A stretch of DNA of 64,000 nt from Desulfuromonadales bacterium (GTDB lineage Bacteria; Desulfobacterota; Desulfuromonadia; Desulfuromonadales; UBA2197), in contig JAXMLA010000317.1 of assembly GCA_034370465.1 (NCBI GenBank), positions 270-64,269 of the forward strand. Reading direction: 5' to 3'. Of the stretch, positions 56,725 to 64,000 are shown piece after piece (position 1 is the stretch's first letter; every line of letters begins with the position of its first letter). The position numbers were made by a program, and so were the translations under genes. The notes beneath the pieces are model-generated. The model did no database searches, was not told where the DNA came from, and saw nothing but the letters and a program-made list of their open reading frames with translations.

Positions 56725-58638
56725 TCAGAATGCACTCCGCGCAAAGTGCCGGCGGGTGGCGTCCTGCAGCTTGCTGACCGCCTGCAGGGCTTCCTTGAGG
56801 AGTTCCCGTTCGGGCTTGGCCAGGGTCAGGGGATTGAGGTAGGAAGAGGGGTGCTGACCGGCATCGAACTGAGCCAGTTCATTGCGCAGCCGCAGATAAC
56901 TCAGGGCTTCAAAGGCCGCGCGCACATGTTCGGCGGTTTCGTTATCGAAGACATTCAGCCCTTCCAGGCCGCTCAAGCGGTCGAGGGTGCGGGTCACCGG
57001 CAGCCGCCGCTCCAGAGCAAAGATGCGAATGCAATCGACAAGATAGATCAGCCCGCCTTGCTTGATCGAAATCTCCCCCTGATGCTCGCCGCTCTTCTCC
57101 AGAACAAAGCGCCCGAGGAGACTCAAGGGGACTTTGTGGCGGAGGTCGAGGGTCATCATCTGATACAAAAACCCCTCGAAGGCCTCGATCTCACTGGCAA
57201 TCGCGACGCGCAGATCATGGGCGAGATCGACTTCACCATACAGGGGGAGAAAGTCGAAGAAGATGGATGAAGAGCGAATCTTCATCGGCTCGGGATCGTT
57301 GACCCAATCCTGAATTCGGCGCTTCCAGGTGCGGAGCGTGCCGCGCCAGGGCGGGTTACTCGCCATCACCCCCCCGTCACAGAGGGGATAGCCGACCGCC
57401 AGGAGATTCTCGGTCAGTGTTGCACCGAAGCGGGCAAAGAACTCTTCAGCCGCGCGGGCCATCGCTCCGGCCGGGAGATCTTCCCAGATCAAGCCGTGAT
57501 CCTGATCCGGGGAAAGAAGCATCTCCCGCCGTCCCGCGCTCCCCATGACCAGCAACGACCACCGCACTGCCGGCGGTTCCACCCCCGTTGCCGCCAACTG
57601 TGCCAAGGTCAATTCGCAGGTGCGGCGCATAATGCCGTGATGGATATAGGTCAGGACTTCGAGGATCTCCGGCGTGCCGCGATTCTCGGCCAGAAAGGAA
57701 CGGACCAAAGGGGGGAGGCTATTGCGAATCTGCGCCAGCCCGGCCAGGGTCGCTTCTTCCCGGACATTGCCCAGAAGGAGCATCGGCTCCTGACTGCGAT
57801 AATGGAGGAGATCGCGCGGCGTGACGATGCCGGCCAACTCGCCATCGGCAACGACGAAGAGGGCTTTGAGGCGGCGGCTCTGCATCAAGGCCATCGCTTC
57901 AAACATATAGGCATCCGGCGGCAGGAGAGCGGGGACCGCCAACATCAGATCGGCAGCCGTGCATGGCCGCGGGTCTTGCTGCTCAACCAGAAAGTGGCGG
58001 ACCAGCTCCCGTTCGCTGACCAATCCGACCGGACGGTTCTGCGCATCGACGACTGCCAGCAGGCCGATGCCGTGTGTGGTTAAAAGCGGCGCGATCTCCA
58101 GAGCCGGCAGCGTCATCGGCACGCTGAGCACCGGGGTGGTCATGATCTCGGAGAGGCGCTTCTTGAAGGGGTAGGCTTCGAGTTGCGCCGGTGCCCCCTG
58201 CGTCGGCGTAGTAACAATCTGGCTGTAAAGCTGGCGGATGCGGGACAGGACGATGCGGGTAAAGTAGGCGCCGACGCGGGGATGGCGGGCTGCCACCGCC
58301 TTCAGAGTCGCAGCGGGGATCAACCAGCACTCGGTGCGCAGCGCTGCCCGCGCCCCGCCGGTGTAAGTCTCGCCGCTGAAGATCGGGGTGCCGCCGAAGA
58401 ACTCCCCCTCTTTACGGTAATCGACGACCATGTCGCCGCCGCCGGGAGAATGGACGACGATCTCGACCAGGCCGCTGCGAACGATATAAAGCCAGCCGGT
58501 CGGGGGATCCTTCTGGTGGAAGATAAAGGTCCCGGCCGGATAGACCTCGCTGCGGGCGGTGCGCGCCAGCTCGCTGAAACCCTCTTCCGAAAGACGGTCA
58601 AAGGGTTCGGTTTCGCGCAGATGTTTTTTCAGGGGCAT
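56725..58638 (-). CDS. cNMP-binding / tandem CBS / DUF294 nucleotidyltransferase protein
   Basis: An N-terminal cyclic-nucleotide-binding fold (FIFHQKDPPTGWLYIVRSGLVEI), a CBS pair, then the nucleotidyltransferase GSAGRREMLLSPDQDHGLI and a DUF294_C region. Confidence 0.9.
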   Translation of the reverse strand: MPLKKHLRETEPFDRLSEEGFSELARTARSEVYPAGTFIFHQKDPPTGWLYIVRSGLVEIVVHSPGGGDMVVDYRKEGEFFGGTPIFSGETYTGGARAALRTECWLIPAATLKAVAARHPRVGAYFTRIVLSRIRQLYSQIVTTPTQGAPAQLEAYPFKKRLSEIMTTPVLSVPMTLPALEIAPLLTTHGIGLLAVVDAQNRPVGLVSERELVRHFLVEQQDPRPCTAADLMLAVPALLPPDAYMFEAMALMQSRRLKALFVVADGELAGIVTPRDLLHYRSQEPMLLLGNVREEATLAGLAQIRNSLPPLVRSFLAENRGTPEILEVLTYIHHGIMRRTCELTLAQLAATGVEPPAVRWSLLVMGSAGRREMLLSPDQDHGLIWEDLPAGAMARAAEEFFARFGATLTENLLAVGYPLCDGGVMASNPPWRGTLRTWKRRIQDWVNDPEPMKIRSSSIFFDFLPLYGEVDLAHDLRVAIASEIEAFEGFLYQMMTLDLRHKVPLSLLGRFVLEKSGEHQGEISIKQGGLIYLVDCIRIFALERRLPVTRTLDRLSGLEGLNVFDNETAEHVRAAFEALSYLRLRNELAQFDAGQHPSSYLNPLTLAKPERELLKEALQAVSKLQDATRRHFARSAF

Positions 58639-58666
58639 AATCTGGCCTTTGCCGGAAGGAGGAAGT

Positions 58667-60346
58667 TCAATCGATCTTGGCGACGTTGACCCGCTCCGGC
58701 AGACGATGCAGCCGGCGCAGGATAATGTCGCTGTGATCGAGACAGGCTTCGCTTACTTTATCACTGGTCAGGCGCGACACGGCAATATTGATCAGCAGCG
58801 CCAGTGGAGTAATGACTAAAGCCGACGAGGTGGCACTGAGCAGCCCCCCTTCGGCAAAGAGGGGGATGCGGGCCATCCAGCCGACCATGGCGACCAGGGT
58901 CATGCTCAGCCCCCAGATCATCCCGGCCAGGGCACCGTAACGGTTGGAGCCGCTGTCCCAGATCGCCAGCACCAGCGCCGGGAAGATCGTCGCCCCGGCG
59001 ACAGCAAAGGCCATGGCGACGATCTGGGCGATCAGCGCCGGCGGATTGAGAGCGATGACGACGACAAAGACGCAGACGACGACGGTAAAGACCCGGCCGA
59101 TGACCAGCTGTTCCTTCTCCGAACAACCGGGATGGAGGACCGTGCTGTACCAGTCGTGCGCCACTGCCGAGGCGGCCGCCATCAGCAGGGCCGCCACCGT
59201 CGAAATCCCGGCGGCCAGTGCCCCGGCGGCGAGATAACCAAGGAAGATCGGACCGAGCTGCGCCTGCTCCGGAGCGGAAAGGATGATCATATCCGCCACC
59301 GACTGGCCGCCGAGGGGATTCCAGTAACGACCGATCACCGCGTAGACCGGCGACGCCCAGTACAACAGGCCGATAAAGAAGAGGCCCCAGACAACCGACG
59401 AACGGGCGACGTTTTCACTCTGCACGGTGTAGAAGCGGACGAGAATATGCGGCAGCCCGGCGGTGCCGACCATCAGGGTAAAGACCAGGGCGAGAAAGGA
59501 ATAGATATCGCCGCCGCTCCCCCAGGGGAGGAAGAGTTGCCGCAGCCCGGCTAGCTCTTCGCCAAGGAGTTGGCCGCCGGCGCTCGGGCTGACCTTCCCC
59601 TCCATCAGCCCGGAAAGGATCGAACCGTATTCGAGCGGAGGGAAGAGGCCGCTGCCGCCGGCGTTGCGGATGAGGAACCACAACGGGACGGCAAAGGCGG
59701 TGATGAGGATGACGTACTGGAGCTGCTGATTGCGGGTGACGCCGGTCATCCCCGAGAAGAGGAGGTAGATCACCGTAATGCCGGCGGCAAAGAGGACACT
59801 GTGCTTGTAGTCGATGCCGAAGACCCAGCCGCAGACCAGTCCCATCCCCTTGAACTGCGCCACGGCGTAGGTGACCGCGATAATAATCGTGACGGTCGCC
59901 GTCACCAGCCGGACACCGTGCGAGTCGTAACGATCGCCGAGAAATTCAGCGATGGTAAATTTACCGAAGCGGCGCAGCGGCGCGGCAAAGAGGCAGAGGA
60001 GGAGGACATAGCCGCCGGTCCAGCCGAGGATATAGCCGAGGCCGAACCAGCCGCGCAGATAAAGGAGGCCGGCGACACCCATAAAGGAGGCCGCCGACAT
60101 CCAGTCGGAAGCGATCGCCGCGCCGTTGCCGATCGGGCCGATCCCCCGCCCGGCCACCCAGTAGTCAGAGGGGGAGGTAGCCCGGCTGAACAGGCCGATG
60201 AGGAGATAAAGGACAAAAGTGCCGAGAACGATCAGCGCCGGGATCAGCTTGAAGCTGTAGCTGACACTGAAATCCTCCGGCCCGACAGCGGCAAAGAGGG
60301 TGGTCGGCAGCAGGAGCATGCTGGCGGTGAGGAGCTTAAACATCAT
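58667..60346 (-). CDS. sodium:solute symporter family transporter (ActP-related, DUF4212-associated subgroup)
   Basis: ATG 60346 has AAGGAGG just upstream. DYWVAGRGIGPIGNGAAIASDWMSAASFMG is SSS-typical. There are ~13 TM segments. Confidence 0.9.
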   Translation of the reverse strand: MMFKLLTASMLLLPTTLFAAVGPEDFSVSYSFKLIPALIVLGTFVLYLLIGLFSRATSPSDYWVAGRGIGPIGNGAAIASDWMSAASFMGVAGLLYLRGWFGLGYILGWTGGYVLLLCLFAAPLRRFGKFTIAEFLGDRYDSHGVRLVTATVTIIIAVTYAVAQFKGMGLVCGWVFGIDYKHSVLFAAGITVIYLLFSGMTGVTRNQQLQYVILITAFAVPLWFLIRNAGGSGLFPPLEYGSILSGLMEGKVSPSAGGQLLGEELAGLRQLFLPWGSGGDIYSFLALVFTLMVGTAGLPHILVRFYTVQSENVARSSVVWGLFFIGLLYWASPVYAVIGRYWNPLGGQSVADMIILSAPEQAQLGPIFLGYLAAGALAAGISTVAALLMAAASAVAHDWYSTVLHPGCSEKEQLVIGRVFTVVVCVFVVVIALNPPALIAQIVAMAFAVAGATIFPALVLAIWDSGSNRYGALAGMIWGLSMTLVAMVGWMARIPLFAEGGLLSATSSALVITPLALLINIAVSRLTSDKVSEACLDHSDIILRRLHRLPERVNVAKID

Positions 60347-60683
60347 CCCCTCCTTGCCCGGCCTCTGCATGCCACGGTCTTTCGATCTTGCGCAGGGCCC
60401 GCGCCAGCAACTCCGTATAAAGCTTGCACAGCAGGACAAAGGCGATCGTCCCCCCTTGCGCGATCAGCCAGTAATGGAGCGGGAAACCCCCGAAGATGCG
60501 CATCCGGGTCAGCCAGGAAGCGCCGAATCCCTGCGGATCGCCGAGGCCGCAGAGCCAGATAAAGAGGGGGAGGCCAAAGGCGATCAGGGCCCAGAGGAAA
60601 AGGACGATGCGGATGACGGCGACCTCTTGGCGCAGTCGCTCCCCTTGAGGACGAAACAGATTGATTGTGACCCGCTCGGACAT
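60336..60683 (-). CDS. DUF4212 small membrane subunit of solute symporter
   Basis: ATG 60683 gives MSERVTINLFRPQGERL...GFPLHYWLIAQG. It overlaps the symporter start. Confidence 0.8.
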   Translation of the reverse strand: MSERVTINLFRPQGERLRQEVAVIRIVLFLWALIAFGLPLFIWLCGLGDPQGFGASWLTRMRIFGGFPLHYWLIAQGGTIAFVLLCKLYTELLARALRKIERPWHAEAGQGGDDV

Positions 60684-60942
60684 GGCAACAGCCTTAAGAG
60701 GAAATGGGAAAAGTGTGCGCATCTTAAGGGAGGGGAGGTGCAAAATCAAGGCGATGTTCCGACGCCTTACCGATAATTTTCTTCTCAACAGGTATAAATT
60801 ACCATATTTCATTTTCGATAAATAATCTTTACCAAAAATAAAAAGATCGTTGACATTTATTTTAAATAAATTGTATTTATCGTTGGTAAATAAAAATGCC
60901 GCCGCCACCTGGCCCGTTCGACAAGTCAACAGGACCCCCCGC

Positions 60943-61506
60943 ATGGTTGATTACAATATCGGCGCCAAGATCAAAGAGTTACGCCGGGCAAAGAAGTTAA
61001 CCCTTCAGGCGGTGGCCAATGAAACCGGCTTCTCCACCGCCCTGATCTCTCAGATTGAAAACAACAACATCTCCCCGCCGATCGCCACTCTTTCCCGAAT
61101 CGCCGATTATTTTGGCGTCAAGATCGGGATTTTTTTTAGTGAAAACGAAGAGGAATGCCGCTTTGATCTCGTCCGCCGCCACGAACGGACGATTATTCCC
61201 CGGGTGGTGGCGCAGGACGGCACCAACCACGGCTACTTTTATGAATCGTTGTCCCGCCGCAAATACAACAAGAAGATGGAACCCTTCATCCTCACCCTCA
61301 ACGAAAAGGTCATGGATACCAGTACCTACAGCCATGACGGCGAGGAGTTCCTCTTTATCATGCAGGGGACGGCCGAACTCCTCCTTGATGAGCAGCGCCT
61401 CGTCCTGAATGCCGGGGACGGGGTCTACTTCGATGCCAAACTCAAGCATCGCCTCCTTTCCAAAGACGGCGAAGAAGTGAAAGTCATGGCCGTGGTCATG
61501 CGCTGA
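60943..61506 (+). CDS. XRE-family HTH regulator with C-terminal cupin domain
   Basis: ATG 60943. IGAKIKELRRAKKLTLQAVANETGFSTALISQIEN, plus the cupin HDGEEFLFIMQGTAELLL...GDGVYFDAKLKHRL. Confidence 0.85.
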   Translation: MVDYNIGAKIKELRRAKKLTLQAVANETGFSTALISQIENNNISPPIATLSRIADYFGVKIGIFFSENEEECRFDLVRRHERTIIPRVVAQDGTNHGYFYESLSRRKYNKKMEPFILTLNEKVMDTSTYSHDGEEFLFIMQGTAELLLDEQRLVLNAGDGVYFDAKLKHRLLSKDGEEVKVMAVVMR

Positions 61507-61643
61507 TTATTGTAGGGACGCTGCTTGCCGCGCCAAACAAGGGCGGAGCAAGCGCCGCCCCTACACAACAAAGGGAAACAACCCATGCTGGCCACACATC
61601 CATGACCAGATATCAGCATCAACCTTTACCCAAGGAGCTGTAA

Positions 61644-62821
<1,178 letters not shown>

Positions 62822-62825
<4 letters not shown>

Positions 62826-63694
62826 GTATCCTGATCGATAGAAACACCAAAGTTATCACCCAGGGGATTACCGGCGCCACCGGCCTCTTTCATGCCCAGG
62901 GCGCCCGGGACTACGGCACGCAGATGGTCGGCGGCGTTACCCCCGGCAAGGGAGGCAGCTCCATCGACGGTTTTCCGGTCTACGATACGGTCAAGGAAGC
63001 GATGGAGAAGACCGGCGCCACCGCCAGCGTTATCTATGTACCGCCCCCTTTTGCCGCGGATTCGATCATGGAAGCGGTCGATGCCGGCATCGATCTGATC
63101 TGCTGCATCACCGAGGGGATTCCGGTCCTCGATATGGTCAAGGTCAAGCACTACATGAAGGGGAAGAAGAGTCGCCTGATCGGTCCCAACTGCCCCGGCG
63201 TCATTACCCCCGGCCAGTGCAAGATCGGCATCATGCCCGGCTACATCCACAAACCCGGCAAAGTCGGCGTTGTTTCCCGCTCCGGCACCCTCACCTACGA
63301 AGCGGTCTGGCAGCTCACCTGCCTGGGACTCGGCCAGTCGACCTGCGTCGGCATCGGTGGCGACCCGGTCAACGGCACCAACCATCTCGATGTGTTGCGC
63401 CTCTTTGAAGCCGACCCGGACACCGAAGCGGTGATCATGATCGGCGAGATCGGCGGCACCTCCGAGGAGGAGGGGGCCTGGTTTGTCAAGGAACACATGA
63501 CCAAACCGGTCGCCGCCTACATCGCCGGCGTCACCGCCCCCCCCGGCAAACGGATGGGGCATGCCGGCGCCATCATCTCCGGCGGCAAAGGGACCGCCAC
63601 CGAGAAGGTGGCGATCCTCCGCGACTGCGGCATCAGTGTCGCCGACAGCCCGGCCGAGATGGCGCAGGCGCTGCTCAAGATTTACAAGCCGTAA
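62822..63694 (+). CDS. sucD: succinyl-CoA synthetase alpha subunit
   Basis: [17 protein letters not shown]...SRSGTLTYE...MGHAGAII. Overlaps sucC by 4 bp. Confidence 0.97.
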
Positions 63695-63724
63695 GGATCT
63701 ATTTCTGCTGTGAGATCGTTGCCG

Positions 63725-63901
63725 ATGAAAAAAGAGAAGAAAAACCCTCGCAAGGACCACATCATCTCCACCCGGATCAGCGGTGACCAACTGCAGCGGC
63801 TGGAGATGAAGTCGCGCAGCAGCAACAAAAGTATTTCCGACTTGCTGCGCGAAGCACTGCAGGCCATCGCCCCGCCCGAGAAGAGCTACCCCAACAGCTA
63901 A
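63725..63901 (+). CDS. small ribbon-helix-helix (CopG/Arc-like) protein
   Basis: MKKEKKNPRKDHIISTRISGDQLQRLEMKSRSSNKSISDLLREAL shows a beta-strand, helix, helix pattern. The track start at 63710 is an alternative. Confidence 0.55.
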   Translation: MKKEKKNPRKDHIISTRISGDQLQRLEMKSRSSNKSISDLLREALQAIAPPEKSYPNS

Positions 63902-63920
63902 AAGAGCGAAGGAAAAAATT

Positions 63921-64000
63921 ATGAGCAATAAATTAGGAGCCCTCGAATATCACTCCATGGGGCGCAAAGGGAAGATTCAGGTTACCTCGACCAAACCGTG
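63921..64000 (+). CDS. maeB: malic enzyme (MaeB-type), 5' end only
   Basis: MSNKLGALEYHSMGRKGKIQVTSTKP matches the malic enzyme N-terminus (ALxFH..PGKIxVxxTKP). It runs off the window. Confidence 0.75.
   Translation, partial: MSNKLGALEYHSMGRKGKIQVTSTKP

Noticed and set aside
60760-60905. Interleaved inverted repeats CGATAAATA/TATTTATCG and TTTACCAA/TTGGTAAA as an operator for the XRE-cupin regulator
   Set aside because: The matches are real but sit in very AT-rich sequence where 8-9-mers recur by chance. The two pairs are not nested as a single palindrome. They are mentioned only as context, without support as a binding site.

Overview
GC-rich chromosomal window that looks deltaproteobacterial, Desulfuromonadales-like (Geobacter/Desulfuromonas/Pelobacter type). 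This is inferred from gene content only: a CbcL-like 9-heme/b-type cytochrome, mglBA, a split atpZ-atpI-atpB-atpE operon, anaerobic cbi genes, single-polypeptide PFOR, and many sigma54, c-di-GMP and two-component genes. Most of the window is core housekeeping. It includes ffs-dnaX-ybaB-recR, nifJ-type PFOR, clpB, cysS, sucCD, prmA-rsmE, rlmJ, hypAB, prc, mltA, a cobalamin cluster and F0 ATP synthase genes. Two short AT-richer accessory segments each sit directly 3' of a tRNA. (1) Positions 1-3373, next to tRNA-Asn, carry a partial DUF262 (GmrSD-type) gene, a small unknown ORF and a hipBA toxin-antitoxin pair. (2) Positions 54351-55870, next to tRNA-Pro, carry four contiguous 11-bp repeats, an ORF6N gene with an overlapping unknown ORF, and a truncated sigma54-activator remnant. 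I found no CRISPR array, IS element, integrase or rRNA. The observations I rate most worth following: (a) a 38-codon alanine-rich leader ORF with mutually exclusive GC hairpins and an intrinsic terminator just upstream of an AlaA-family aminotransferase, a candidate alanine attenuator; (b) an orphan minus-strand promoter-plus-terminator module predicting a ~55-nt sRNA with a CCUCC loop; (c) a hypAB / dCache kinase / sigma54 regulator operon followed by a near-consensus sigma54 promoter driving a YaaH/SatP-like membrane protein; (d) a self-contained transcription unit for a 47-aa membrane peptide; (e) an in-frame CbiH-CobQ fusion. Long ORFs antisense to recognised genes are treated as GC-rich shadow ORFs. 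All family assignments come from motif recognition by eye. No database search was run.
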